From: an uncultured Gammaproteobacteria bacterium
GTDB taxonomy: Bacteria; Cyanobacteriota; Vampirovibrionia; JBFMGH01
Direction of reading: 5' to 3'
DNA length: 64,000 nt
Assembly (NCBI GenBank): GCA_964517135.1
Contig: CAZFBA010000002.1
Location: 89,267 to 153,266, forward strand
Part shown: one piece after another, positions 19,243-29,242 of the stretch
Layout of the letters: the number at the start of each line of letters is the position of its first letter
Position numbering within the stretch: the first letter of the stretch is position 1
Notes under the pieces: model-generated
Database searches by the model: none
The model's input: only the letters and a program-made list of their open reading frames with translations
Told to the model about the DNA's origin: nothing
Translations under genes and position numbers: made by a program

Positions 19243-20766
19243 GTGGGGATCTTTATGAGTTTGAGTTTAATGAACGTGCATGGCTTAAAGATTAACTCTC
19301 AAAATAAAAGAAGTCAGTTAATTACTAAAAATGATTCATTTGTTGCATTTAGAGGAAATAGTGTTCCCTCCTTAACTCCTCAGCTTGATGGTGACGTAGT
19401 CCAGTTTTCTAATAAGGCTTCTTCAAAAGATAAATTAAATAAGATTACACCTGAATTGCACCAGTTATTTGAGAAATTGCCTAAGACAGAGCTGCATATG
19501 CACCTTAGTGGCTCTACTCCCTTGAGTACAATTAGAGAAATAATGCGTGAAAACGGTATGTCAGAAGAAGAAATCGCAGAAGCTACAGATATAGACCCTA
19601 ATTTTGAAGGTTTGGATGATTTCTTAAAGACTTATTACAAGGTTGCATGGGTTGTGCAAAAGCCAGAACACTTTAAAAAAGCTGCATATCAGATTTGTAT
19701 GGATGCAGCAGAAGAAAACGTACGCTATCTAGAGATTAGAACCAGTGCAATAGGCAAAGGCGCACCAGCAGATGATATTTTACAGGCAGTATCTGATGGT
19801 ATTAATCAAGCCAGAAAAGAACTTTCAGCAAAGGGTTTTGATCAGAAAGCCAGGATTATTGTATTGTCTCAAAGACATCATTCACCTTTGGAATCTATGA
19901 AACATGCTGTCCTGGCAGAAGAATGGGCGAAAAAACCGGGCAGCCTTGTTGTAGGCTTTGATGTTGCAGGTCCAGAAGATGGATATCCTATTAGCTTCCA
20001 CGAAATGGCAATCAAATATGCTGCTAATAGTCCACATCTCAAAGTAACTGTTCATGCTGGCGAAACCCCTGGTTCTAAACTGGTTGCACCAAAGAAAAAA
20101 CCTGGTGAAGAGCTTTCAGAAAAAGATCAGAAAAAGCTTGAAGCTTTTGGTAATCTGGAAGTAGCTACAATAAATGAGCTGGCAGGTGCTAATGATGCTG
20201 CAAGTGATATAAGAAAAGTTAATAAAGGTATAGATGTTCAGTATGTACCTTCAGAATCAATGAAAAAAGCTATTCAGTATGGCACAGATAGGTTGGGGCA
20301 CGGCGTTCATATATATGATGATCCTGAAGTTTTCAGAACGATAAAAGAAAAACAGATTCCAATTGAGTCTCCACCCTGGTGTAACGTGCAGCTGGGTAGT
20401 GTTGATTCTTATCAGGCCCACCCAATTAAGAAGATGCTGGATGATGGCATTAATGTAAGCCTTTCAACAGATAATAGAACGATTTCTTCAACTACTTTAA
20501 CCAGAGAGTATGAAGAGCTTTATGCTAATAAGGTGGTTACAGACTGGAATGATATTAAAAACCTCGTTATTAATGGTGCTAAATCAGTCTTCCTGCCACC
20601 TCATGAAAGAGAGCAACTGGTTAAAGACTTTGAACAGGACCTAGAAAATATAGAAAATAACCCTGTTTTCAGTGAAGCCATTGATAAATATTTATCACCA
20701 GCCAGAAAAGCTATTACATTTGCAGGTAGAAAGCTTGCTGATGCTATCAAAACAAAAGCAGCGTAG
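19243..20766 (+). CDS. Adenosine / adenine / AMP-deaminase-family metal-dependent hydrolase carrying long insertions
   Basis: PKTELHMHLSGS, VHAGE, LGHG and SLSTDN match the adenosine-deaminase-superfamily signatures. It is 507 aa long, with an N-terminal extension and a ~70-aa insert between the HAGE and LGHG motifs. The start is GTG at 19243 or ATG at 19255. Confidence 0.7.
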   Translation: MGIFMSLSLMNVHGLKINSQNKRSQLITKNDSFVAFRGNSVPSLTPQLDGDVVQFSNKASSKDKLNKITPELHQLFEKLPKTELHMHLSGSTPLSTIREIMRENGMSEEEIAEATDIDPNFEGLDDFLKTYYKVAWVVQKPEHFKKAAYQICMDAAEENVRYLEIRTSAIGKGAPADDILQAVSDGINQARKELSAKGFDQKARIIVLSQRHHSPLESMKHAVLAEEWAKKPGSLVVGFDVAGPEDGYPISFHEMAIKYAANSPHLKVTVHAGETPGSKLVAPKKKPGEELSEKDQKKLEAFGNLEVATINELAGANDAASDIRKVNKGIDVQYVPSESMKKAIQYGTDRLGHGVHIYDDPEVFRTIKEKQIPIESPPWCNVQLGSVDSYQAHPIKKMLDDGINVSLSTDNRTISSTTLTREYEELYANKVVTDWNDIKNLVINGAKSVFLPPHEREQLVKDFEQDLENIENNPVFSEAIDKYLSPARKAITFAGRKLADAIKTKAA

Positions 20767-20767
20767 C

Positions 20768-22159
20768 TTATTTGCCAACGCAAAATTGTGAAAAGATCCT
20801 GTCAATGATGCTTTCTGCTACTACCTCGCCAACGATTTCGTCGAGTGCAATCAGGGCTGCTTTTATGTCTATTGATATGAGATCATGCATTTCTTTGTGG
20901 TCTGTAGCTTCTATAGCTAATTTAATGTGCTTTAAAGCTGTTTGAAGGCATTCCTGATGTCTGAAGTTGATGTAAACCTCGTCTTTATTCGTTTTGAAAT
21001 CTTTTCCCAGAACAGTTTCTTTTATTTTTTGTTTTAATAACTCTATTCCTGTTCCTGTGGTGGCTGATATATTTATTTGCTGGCTGTCATGTTGGATGGA
21101 ATCCTTTAACAGGTCTATTTTGTTCCCTGCCTTAAGGAGTGGTTTACCTGTTTTTATGGCTTCTTGAAGGATAATGTTATCATCTTTACATAATTCTTTT
21201 GAGGCATCGAAGATAAATAAGATTAAATCGCTTTCAGTCATGCTTATTCTGGATCGTCCCACTCCTATTGATTCTATATAGTCGTTTTCTGACCCTGTTA
21301 GTATATCTCTAATGCCTGCTGTATCTGTTAGTATGACAGGTATACCATCTATATCTATAGTTTCCTGAAGTATGTCACGGGTTGTGCCAGGTATATCTGT
21401 AACAATAGCACGTTCGGACTTAAGTAGATAGTTAAAAAGCGATGATTTGCCGACATTAGGCTTTCCGATAATTGTAACTTTTATACCCTGCTTGAGTATA
21501 TTGCCATCTGTTGCCTGAATAAGGACATTTTGAATCGTTCTTTTAATTTTCATAAGTTTTTTATGAAGTTCCTTGTGGCTTATTTCGTCAACTTCATCAG
21601 GGAAGTCAAGGCTTGCTTCAATTTGTGCAAGAAGGTTAGTAAGAGAAATCCTTATTTTATTGATCATTTCTGAAAGTTTGCCAGACAGGTTATAGGCAGC
21701 AGCTGAAGAAAAGAGTTCTGTTTTAGCTGAAATAATGTCCAGGACAGCTTCTACCTGGGTCAGGTCGATTCTGCCACCAATGAAAGCCCGTTTAGTAAAT
21801 TCTCCCTGTTCGGCCTGTCTTGCGCCCTGTTGCAGGCATATTTCAAGTATTTTTTTAGTAACGTTAATGCCTCCGTGGCATTGAATTTCTGTTACATCTT
21901 CTGTGGTGTAACTTTTAGGGGCTTTAAATGCCAGAACAATTGCTTCGTCGATTAAACTTTGATCCTGTGGGTTTATAATCCAGCCATAGTAAAACTTTGA
22001 ATGTTCAAGTGACCTTACAATTTTTTTGTCAGCTGATCTGAATATTTTAAGTGTTATGTTCCAGGCTTCAGTGCCGCTTATTCTAATGATGCTTACGCCT
22101 GCTGTACCTGTAGGTGTTGTTATTGCAGCTATAGTATCCTGTTTTATAATTGTTTTCAC
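20768..22159 (-). CDS. mnmE: tRNA-modification GTPase MnmE
   Basis: MKTIIKQDTIAAITTPTG start, the G-domain motifs GKPNVGKSS and DTAG, and the C-terminal CVGK. Confidence 0.95.
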   Translation of the reverse strand: MKTIIKQDTIAAITTPTGTAGVSIIRISGTEAWNITLKIFRSADKKIVRSLEHSKFYYGWIINPQDQSLIDEAIVLAFKAPKSYTTEDVTEIQCHGGINVTKKILEICLQQGARQAEQGEFTKRAFIGGRIDLTQVEAVLDIISAKTELFSSAAAYNLSGKLSEMINKIRISLTNLLAQIEASLDFPDEVDEISHKELHKKLMKIKRTIQNVLIQATDGNILKQGIKVTIIGKPNVGKSSLFNYLLKSERAIVTDIPGTTRDILQETIDIDGIPVILTDTAGIRDILTGSENDYIESIGVGRSRISMTESDLILFIFDASKELCKDDNIILQEAIKTGKPLLKAGNKIDLLKDSIQHDSQQINISATTGTGIELLKQKIKETVLGKDFKTNKDEVYINFRHQECLQTALKHIKLAIEATDHKEMHDLISIDIKAALIALDEIVGEVVAESIIDRIFSQFCVGK

Positions 22160-22164
22160 CTTCT

Positions 22165-23373
22165 TTAGCTTTGTTTTTTGCCTCGTTGTTTTTTCTTTTT
22201 TCGTGCTTTGCGGCTCAGGTTTTTATTTTGTTTTGCTTGAAGTGTTTGTGAGTCTGGCTGTGTAACTTCTTTGCTTTCTATATCGATTATCTGATCTGAG
22301 TAATCTTCTTTTTCTAGGGGTTGTACTATTGCTGTTTTGTTTTTTGCGTCTTCTATTTCCAGGTATTTGTTTATAGCTACAGTTTGTCCGACCTGGAAGA
22401 TGTTGCTTATTACCATATATAGCAAGACACCAGCAGGTATAGGTATTATAATAAACATAGCCATAATCATAAAGGGCATCATTTTGGTCATAGATTCTTG
22501 CATGGCTTTTTGTTGGGGATCCATGGCAGCAGTTGATGCCATGCTTGTCATAATTTTCTGTGATCCATACATTGTAACGCCAAATAGTACAAGCAATAGT
22601 ATGACATCAAAGTTGAATTTTGTCTTGCCGTGTTTGGTGTTTACGGTTACGCTAAGTTCTTCTTTTTCTGATACGGGCTTAAATGTCAGGTGTTCAATTT
22701 CTTTTGTTGCATCATTTAAAACAGGTATAACAGCAGATATGATCTGGTTTTTATCCACTGTTTCATCGGGGAATTTAATTTCTTTAAAGGCTATTTCAAG
22801 CGTTAGAGGTTCTCCTGGTGTTATTTTTTCGGGTTCATAGGTAATTGCATTTCTGTAATTGTCTATTATTGCTTGAATTTCACCTGATGGCATTTTGACT
22901 TTTATTTTTTTACCGGTGATAAACTTGTCTTTTTCTTTGACGTTAAATGTACCATCGTCGATAGGGCCACCGTATGATTGCAGTGTTCCGTCCAGCCTGT
23001 GTATAAACATAAAGGAACTCTGACCGGCCACCTGTAGAAATGTTACGCTTATCAGAGTTGTATAAAGCAGTATAAATACAGGCATCTGGAGCAATAATGG
23101 TAGGCAGCCTCCCAGCGGGTTGAATTTATGCTCTTTATAGAATGCCATCATCTTTTGCTGGAGTTTTTGCGGGTCATTTTTGTATTTATTTTGTAGCTGT
23201 TTTAATCGGGGGGCGAGTTCCTGCATCTTTTTCATTGAGCGTTGCTGGGAGATGCTTAGTGGTAACAATGCAAGTCTGACAATGATTGTTAAGAGCACAA
23301 TTCCCATTCCCCAGCTTCCGCCGATATTTTTTAGAAATTCCAGTATGTCAATTGTAAATTGTGTCCAGTCCAC
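22165..23373 (-). CDS. yidC: Membrane-protein insertase YidC/Oxa1 with a Lys-rich C-terminal tail
   Basis: The conserved core LLPLSISQQRSMKKMQELAPRLKQLQNKYKND...GGCLPLLLQMPVFILLY, plus a ~100-aa insert between the core transmembrane regions and a basic tail. Confidence 0.9.
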   Translation of the reverse strand: MDWTQFTIDILEFLKNIGGSWGMGIVLLTIIVRLALLPLSISQQRSMKKMQELAPRLKQLQNKYKNDPQKLQQKMMAFYKEHKFNPLGGCLPLLLQMPVFILLYTTLISVTFLQVAGQSSFMFIHRLDGTLQSYGGPIDDGTFNVKEKDKFITGKKIKVKMPSGEIQAIIDNYRNAITYEPEKITPGEPLTLEIAFKEIKFPDETVDKNQIISAVIPVLNDATKEIEHLTFKPVSEKEELSVTVNTKHGKTKFNFDVILLLVLFGVTMYGSQKIMTSMASTAAMDPQQKAMQESMTKMMPFMIMAMFIIIPIPAGVLLYMVISNIFQVGQTVAINKYLEIEDAKNKTAIVQPLEKEDYSDQIIDIESKEVTQPDSQTLQAKQNKNLSRKARKKKKQRGKKQS

Positions 23374-23390
23374 AGCAAATACCTTTCATA

Positions 23391-23615
23391 TTATGCTTTA
23401 TGGTTGATGGGAACAGGGTCATATCCCCCTGGATGAAAGGGGTGGCAACGGCAAATACGCTTTATACCCATCCATGATCCTTTAAAAAAGCCCCATTCTA
23501 TTATAGCAACTTTTGTATATTCTGAGCATGTAGGCTCAAACCTGCAAGTACGTGGTTTAAAAAATACCAGCTTCTGATATATACGTATTAATGTTACTGC
23601 AATTGTTTTAAGCAT
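23391..23615 (-). CDS. yidD: Membrane-protein-insertion efficiency factor YidD
   Basis: [10 protein letters not shown]...[11 protein letters not shown]. Confidence 0.9.
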   Translation of the reverse strand: MLKTIAVTLIRIYQKLVFFKPRTCRFEPTCSEYTKVAIIEWGFFKGSWMGIKRICRCHPFHPGGYDPVPINHKA

Positions 23616-23988
23616 CGTTATTATCTATATATTTTTGTGCCTTTTTCAGGCATTTGTCAACACTTTTCTCTATTTCAAAATAGTCTTGTTCCAGAATAGG
23701 TGGCCTTGCAATAAATATTATATCCTTAAAGCTTATAACCAGGTGTGGTTTCTTGTCTCTTAATGATCGGTATGCCTCTCTTAATCGCCTTTTAACCTTG
23801 TTTCTTTTAGTAGCTTTTTTATGGATTTTTTTACCAACAACAAAGCCTATCCGGGGTAATGTGTTGTTATTAGTCTCCTTTTTTATAGCGATATAAGCGA
23901 CTAATAGTGGTGTTGATACAGAACATTTCAGCTTGAAGACTTTATTGAAATCTGTTTTTTTTCGCAAGCGTTCATGTTCTGGAAGCAC
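23608..23988 (-). CDS. rnpA: Ribonuclease P protein component
   Basis: The RnpA RNR-motif region [29 protein letters not shown]. Confidence 0.9.
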   Translation of the reverse strand: MLPEHERLRKKTDFNKVFKLKCSVSTPLLVAYIAIKKETNNNTLPRIGFVVGKKIHKKATKRNKVKRRLREAYRSLRDKKPHLVISFKDIIFIARPPILEQDYFEIEKSVDKCLKKAQKYIDNNDA

Positions 23989-23992
23989 GTTA

Positions 23993-24130
23993 TTACCTGA
24001 TGCCTATTCTTTTGCGGCCTTTGGCTCTTCTGGACTTCAGTACTCTTCTGCCACCCGGTGTTGACATTCTTTCTCTAAAGCCACTTACTCGTTGTCTTTT
24101 CTTTCTGGTACCTTCAAGAGTCCTTTTCAT
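23993..24130 (-). CDS. rpmH: 50S ribosomal protein L34 (45 aa); not in the ORF track because it is under 60 aa
   Basis: Manual reverse-strand translation gives [45 protein letters not shown], the canonical bL34 pattern. It sits in the classic rpmH-rnpA order. Confidence 0.85.
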   Translation of the reverse strand: MKRTLEGTRKKRQRVSGFRERMSTPGGRRVLKSRRAKGRKRIGIR

Positions 24131-24295
24131 TGTTTTATCCTCTTTTTCATGTTTTGAAGTTTCTTTTAGCTTCTTACTATACTATAATCATGATTTATCA
24201 TCAATTAAAATTAACATCCGCTTAATGTAATAAAGATTTAAAGCAACTTTTAAGATACTATTATTAAGTTCAGGAAATTTCAACTTTTTTTAACT

Positions 24296-25618
24296 ATGTG
24301 GGATAAAATTGTAAATAATTTGTCAAATAAGCTGACACAGCCACAATATGAGAGCTGGATTAAACCAATAAAGTATGTTGGTTCAGATGAGCAGAAAATT
24401 TATCTGGCTGTGCCTAATGAATATTTTAAAAACTGGATATCAAGAAATCTTTCTGCCAATATTATTGAGGCTGCTGAAGAAGAATCGGGCCAGAAGTTTT
24501 TGATAGATATTCAAATAGATATTGATCTTGAACATAAAATACCATCAGTAGATGATAGTAGGTTTAAATCTTCTGAAAACCATTCTGATAAGGCAGTTAT
24601 GCCTGATCAACCAGTTAATCAGAATTTTAAATATACATTTGATAGTTTTGTTGTTGGGCCTAATAATACGTTTGCATACAATACTGCAATAGCAGCAGGG
24701 GAAAAGCCAGGCAGGGCATATAATCCTCTTTATCTATATGGAGGAGTTGGTCTGGGCAAAACACATTTGATGCGTGCTATTGGACACAGAGTTTTGCAAA
24801 AATACCCATCTAAAAAGGTACGTTATCTAAGTGTTGAGAAGTTTACTAATGAGCTTATTGACTCTATCAGAAGAAATACATCAAGTGAGTTTAGAATCAG
24901 ATACAGGGAAATAGATGTTTTGTTGCTTGATGATGTTCAATTTCTAGGGGGTAAACAGACAACCCAGGAGGAATTGTTTAATACTTTTAATACGCTTCAT
25001 GAAGAGGGTAAGCAAATTGTATTATCCAGTGATAGACCGCCGAAACAGATAAAAGGCCTTGAAGAAAGACTGGTATCAAGGTTTGAATGGGGTATTACAG
25101 TTGATATTCAACCACCAGAATTTGAAACCCGTATTGCTATATTAAGAAATAAAGTTCAGTATGATAATATGAATGTGCCATATGAGATTCTAGAGCTGAT
25201 AGCAGCAGCTTATCAGAATAATATTAGAGAACTTGAAGGAGCACTCAATAAAGTAGTAACTTATGTTGCTGTAACAGGCTGCCCTATGACAGCTGATGCA
25301 GTTAGAAACCTTATAGATTCTACCAGTAAAGTAAAAAAGCAATCACCGGATCAGATTATAGAGGCAGTATCAGAGTATTTTAAAGTATCTCCGGCAGAAA
25401 TAAAAGGTTCAAGCAGGATGAAAGAAATTTCACATGCCAGACAGATAGCGATTTATCTTACCAGAGAGATTACCAGGCAGAGTTTCCCCAATATTGGCGA
25501 AGCCTTTGGAAAGAAGCATTCCACTATTATTTATGCTTACGATAAAATCAAAGAAGACATAAAGTCGGATCCCTCTTTATCAGCTCTCGTATCGGATATT
25601 ATGCGCAAGGTAACTTAA
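24296..25618 (+). CDS. dnaA: Chromosomal replication initiator protein DnaA
   Basis: The N-terminal MWDKIVNNL...YESWIKPI, the AAA+ Walker A motif GGVGLGKTHL, box VII, and the C-terminal DNA-binding helix region (IAIYLTRE, HSTIIYA). Confidence 0.95.
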   Translation: MWDKIVNNLSNKLTQPQYESWIKPIKYVGSDEQKIYLAVPNEYFKNWISRNLSANIIEAAEEESGQKFLIDIQIDIDLEHKIPSVDDSRFKSSENHSDKAVMPDQPVNQNFKYTFDSFVVGPNNTFAYNTAIAAGEKPGRAYNPLYLYGGVGLGKTHLMRAIGHRVLQKYPSKKVRYLSVEKFTNELIDSIRRNTSSEFRIRYREIDVLLLDDVQFLGGKQTTQEELFNTFNTLHEEGKQIVLSSDRPPKQIKGLEERLVSRFEWGITVDIQPPEFETRIAILRNKVQYDNMNVPYEILELIAAAYQNNIRELEGALNKVVTYVAVTGCPMTADAVRNLIDSTSKVKKQSPDQIIEAVSEYFKVSPAEIKGSSRMKEISHARQIAIYLTREITRQSFPNIGEAFGKKHSTIIYAYDKIKEDIKSDPSLSALVSDIMRKVT

Positions 25619-25624
25619 AAAAAA

Positions 25625-25640
25625 CAATACATATGTATTT
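25625..25640. repeat. Copy 3 of the dispersed palindrome (CAATACATATGTATTT; 14-bp perfect core AATACATATGTATT) at the convergent junction of dnaA(+) and the MscS gene(-)
   Basis: Located 7 nt after the dnaA stop. The core contains TACATATGTA. Confidence 0.8.
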
Positions 25641-25646
25641 GTATCT

Positions 25647-27506
25647 CTATTCAAATTTATTGCTTTGCTGATTAGAATCATATCCGATGTATTGTGGCAT
25701 ATAGACAGTTCTGTGCGGGAATGGTATTTCGATGTTGTTTTGATCAAATGCATACTTGATTCTTCGCCTGTATTGTCTTTCTATAAACCACTGCTGGGCT
25801 GGTGCTGTGTTCATAATAAGTTTTATTATTACTGCACTGTCAGCAAATTCATTAACTCCGAGTACTTCAGGTTCAGCAATAATCTTCTCAGGGAACTCAT
25901 GCCACATCTTATCGGCTGTTTCTTTAATAATTTTAATAGCAGTATCAATGTCTTCTTTATATGCTATGCCGATATCGAGGTGAGCTCGTGCCCATGTTTT
26001 GCTGAGGACAGAAACCTGTGTTATTTGACCGTTAGGAATAATATGTGCTTTGCCTGAAAGATCTCGCAGCACAGTCACACGGAGAGTCATATCTTCTACT
26101 ACTCCTCCTGTGCCTCCGATGGAGACTATATCTCCTATGCCAAACTGGTTCTCTATAAGTATAAATATACCTGTGATGATGTCTTTTACCAGGCTCTGTG
26201 CACCAAAGCTAACAGCTAGGCCTATGATACTTGCACCAGCTATTATTGGTGTAACATCAATACCGATTTCGCTTAGTACCAGTATTACAGCAAGTGCTAC
26301 TACAGCTATTTGTACTGTTGTTTTAATGATTTTAGCGAGAGTCTGAACCCGTTTTTCTCTGGCTGGAGCTTTTTCAAGGAATACCTGAATGATATTTTTA
26401 ATAGCTGAAGAGATTATATTGATAGCTGTATTTATAAACATAGTTGCAAGAATTATAAGTAATATTATTCCTAAGCTTTGCCAGGTCTGTTTTGAGAGAA
26501 TCCAGCTTTTAAGTGATTCTTTAAGTACTTTATAAACACTGATTTCAAAGTGTGTTAAGTCTACTAAATAAGGGTGTGTTATAGGTAGTATATAGAGAGA
26601 ATAGTTAAAAAAAGCAACTATCAGGATTATTTGAATGGTTCCTATAATAATATTTGAAATTTTTGATGTTTCACTGGCCAGAATGTTTATTTTTTCATCA
26701 AGCCGATCGCTTTCAGGTTCTTCATCTTCTTTTTGCTTCTTTTTTTCATCTATTGGTTCTTCTTGATATTCACTGGTGATAATTTTCTTTTCTAATTCAT
26801 TATTTTCTATTGCTGTTTTTATGGCTTCTTCAGATTCTTCTGGCTGCTCTATAGCTCTTGTTTTGCTGAGTTCCTTGACTGTCTTATTAAATTTTTCAAT
26901 TATTCTGGTTGAGATGAGCATAATGAAGTTGCTAATTTGTTTTTTTAGTATTTCTATTATGATTAGTAGAATTATCAGTAAAGCAAGGGCAATACCGATA
27001 TCTATAAGTGGATGTTTCTCTGGTGTTATGGCTTTATCTTTTAATCTTGTATCTATAAGCTCTTTAATATTGTACTTCCATGTTTTTATAAGTTTTTCAA
27101 GTTCAACCTCATTGACTTTTGCATCTATGTCAGTGGCCTTTAATACTTCTTCTCCTGCTATTGTAAACAGGTAGTGGTCATCTTTAGCTATAATATCTAT
27201 TTTTACAGGATCAATGTTATTTCTAATAGCTTCTTTGATTGTATTATTGATAGTTGTTTTTATGCTCAATACCCTGTATTCTGAGGCAATAGAGTCTTTT
27301 GCTCCTATATAAAGTATTGTTTTACCGTCTATTATGACGGGTTTTTTCTCAAGTTTTATTTCAGGTTCAGTTTCTTCTGTATGTGTTTGTTCTTGATTTT
27401 CTTGCTCAGGTGGCATTTGTTGTGCATATACTGACTTAAAACAGCTCATTGAAAGCATTATAATTATCACAGTAATAATTATATATGCTGGTAAGAATCT
27501 TTTCAT
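25647..27506 (-). CDS. Mechanosensitive ion channel, MscS / MscK-like, with a large N-terminal periplasmic and transmembrane extension
   Basis: A signal peptide, a coiled-coil / acidic region, multiple transmembrane helices, and a C-terminal MscS core (pore-lining GAxSxxxG-type helix, then the beta domain). Confidence 0.75.
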   Translation of the reverse strand: MKRFLPAYIIITVIIIMLSMSCFKSVYAQQMPPEQENQEQTHTEETEPEIKLEKKPVIIDGKTILYIGAKDSIASEYRVLSIKTTINNTIKEAIRNNIDPVKIDIIAKDDHYLFTIAGEEVLKATDIDAKVNEVELEKLIKTWKYNIKELIDTRLKDKAITPEKHPLIDIGIALALLIILLIIIEILKKQISNFIMLISTRIIEKFNKTVKELSKTRAIEQPEESEEAIKTAIENNELEKKIITSEYQEEPIDEKKKQKEDEEPESDRLDEKINILASETSKISNIIIGTIQIILIVAFFNYSLYILPITHPYLVDLTHFEISVYKVLKESLKSWILSKQTWQSLGIILLIILATMFINTAINIISSAIKNIIQVFLEKAPAREKRVQTLAKIIKTTVQIAVVALAVILVLSEIGIDVTPIIAGASIIGLAVSFGAQSLVKDIITGIFILIENQFGIGDIVSIGGTGGVVEDMTLRVTVLRDLSGKAHIIPNGQITQVSVLSKTWARAHLDIGIAYKEDIDTAIKIIKETADKMWHEFPEKIIAEPEVLGVNEFADSAVIIKLIMNTAPAQQWFIERQYRRRIKYAFDQNNIEIPFPHRTVYMPQYIGYDSNQQSNKFE

Positions 27507-27742
27507 TTTTCAATATCCCTTATAAGCTTTATGTTTACGGTTTAAGTTAGTTTCGGATGTTTTATGATTATACATAAAGCAAGAATATATGTCTAATATA
27601 CTCTATTAAAGGTTATATAAATATTTTAAGCAAAACATCAGCTTTATTACTTATGATTAAAGCTTTTAAAAATTTGAAGACAAAACTAACCTGCTTTTAT
27701 TAATCCATAAAAGGATTTGATACAAATTAAAGCAAAAATAGG

Positions 27743-28180
27743 CTAATTTTTAGCGTTTTGACAATCTGAACAGAGCCCTGTGAAAACTATTTCACAGGAT
27801 ATATTAGTGTAGTTGTATTCTTTTTCTACATTATTTTTGAGCTTTTCCTGCACTTCGCATTCGGTAGAAGCAACTACATCTTCTATTTTGTGACAGTTAT
27901 AGCACATAATATGATGATGTTGATGTGTATTGGCATCATAGCGAGTGACGTTTGGTTGTAATGAGAGCTCTCGAATAATATTTTCTTCTGTAAGTATGTT
28001 CAGATTTCTGTATACAGTGCCCAGACTGATGTTAGGAACCTTTTTACTGACTTTTTTATAGATCCAATTTGCATCAGGATGAGTATAAGTGGTTTTTAAT
28101 GTTTCGAGAATAGCCTGTCGCTGTTTGGTAAAGCGTTTTGTTTTTCCTATAGGTTCTTTTTTCGTACTAGTATTTATCAT
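27743..28180 (-). CDS. fur: Fur-family metal-dependent transcriptional regulator
   Basis: A winged-helix N-terminus, then the metal-binding HHHIMCYNCHKIED and CxxC motifs. Confidence 0.85.
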   Translation of the reverse strand: MINTSTKKEPIGKTKRFTKQRQAILETLKTTYTHPDANWIYKKVSKKVPNISLGTVYRNLNILTEENIIRELSLQPNVTRYDANTHQHHHIMCYNCHKIEDVVASTECEVQEKLKNNVEKEYNYTNISCEIVFTGLCSDCQNAKN

Positions 28181-28677
28181 ACCTTTACCCTAATACCTTA
28201 CTTTATTATTATTGTTGAATTTTTATGATAGTGTTTTTTATTTTTAATTAATATTATCCATATAATAGAAAACTTTGTTATATTTTAAGAGAAGATGATA
28301 AAAAAATAAACAAATAGCAGATATAAAAGTTAACAATTAGAGTTTAAAAGCAAATTTATTTCTGGGTTGAGAATAAGAACTATTATTATTATATCTTGAA
28401 AAGCTTGAAATAGTGATCCCTAAATTTTAAAAATTTTATTTGTTGGTGATATTATAATCTTTATTAATAAATATTTTTGAAATATAAAATATATCAACAT
28501 TTATTAAAATTAATCATAGATCCGGATAAAAAAATGACTAATATTCATACTAAATAATTAAAAGGATTCTTTTAGTTGTTTTATAGACTTTATTTATAAG
28601 AGTTTCAATGGTAGAAAAGAGTCTTTTAACATTCTTCAGGGAGATAAAACATATTTGTATCGATGATTTTTCTTACT

Positions 28678-28800
28678 TCATCGTGTGTATATTCTTTGCA
28701 ATTGCATTTTTCCTGATAGATAGAGATGATAGAGAGTATATCATCAGTTGATAGTCTAATCATTCTGCGCCCCCTGGGATTTTCGATTATTTTAGCCATT
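28678..28800 (-). CDS. Small ORF (40 aa) with a strong RBS, inside the long non-coding region; doubtful
   Basis: GGGAG lies 8 nt upstream of the ATG. The product MAKIIENPRGRRMIRLSTDDYTLYHLYLSGKMQLQRIYTR ends at a TGA, and its SGKM..IY stretch is weakly reminiscent of IF-1. Confidence 0.2.
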
Positions 28801-29242
28801 TTCAACTCCCTGTTAAAATTTGAAAGATCTCTGAAACGCTTTCAGGTTGTATGTTTTATTAATCGGCAGTAATGTTTAATAGTTTAGTAAAATAATCTAA
28901 ATAAATGCAAACTTTTTTCCCCCTGTATTATCTGAATTTGAGTTTTGTTTAATACTTGAATTTACTCTGAATGGGTTCTTTTATAGGTATTTTTTTTAAA
29001 TTTTATTTTTCTTGCTATTGTTCAGGCATTTTAACCTCTTAAAGTGCTTTTAAGATAGAAAAACCATTTGAATCATGTTTAAATTCCCTGTGGGATTAGT
29101 GATAGAGCGTTTTTTTGATCTGTTTGAAATTTGCTGTAATATTCCTTTTAAAATGATTTCTATTTATGTTATAACCCTTGCTAAGAGATCTTACTTTTAT
29201 GATTAATTTTCCAGATATAGATTGTTTAGAGAGGTAAGAAAA

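Noticed and set aside
22026-23407. Plus-strand ORFs of 79, 167 and 75 aa
   Set aside because: Antisense to yidC/mnmE; hydrophobic junk frames typical of antisense membrane-protein genes.
24131-24305. DnaA-box-like sequences TTATCATCA and TGTGGGATAA in the rpmH-dnaA spacer
   Set aside because: Each differs from TTATCCACA by 2 mismatches or an indel. TGTGGGATAA is simply the first codons of dnaA (ATG TGG GAT AAA). This is insufficient to call oriC boxes, so the region was kept only as a low-confidence origin candidate within a broader finding.
25665-27174. Several 75-132-aa plus-strand ORFs
   Set aside because: All are embedded antisense within the MscS-family channel gene, which has strong domain support. 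They are likely spurious.
28181-29242. Searched for SRP RNA (ffs), which precedes dnaX in some Firmicutes, and for other structured RNAs upstream of dnaX
   Set aside because: No GGAA-tetraloop / AGCAGG-type SRP helix-8 motif was found, and the region is >75% A+T. It is kept only as a generic non-coding/oriC candidate, not as a called RNA gene.
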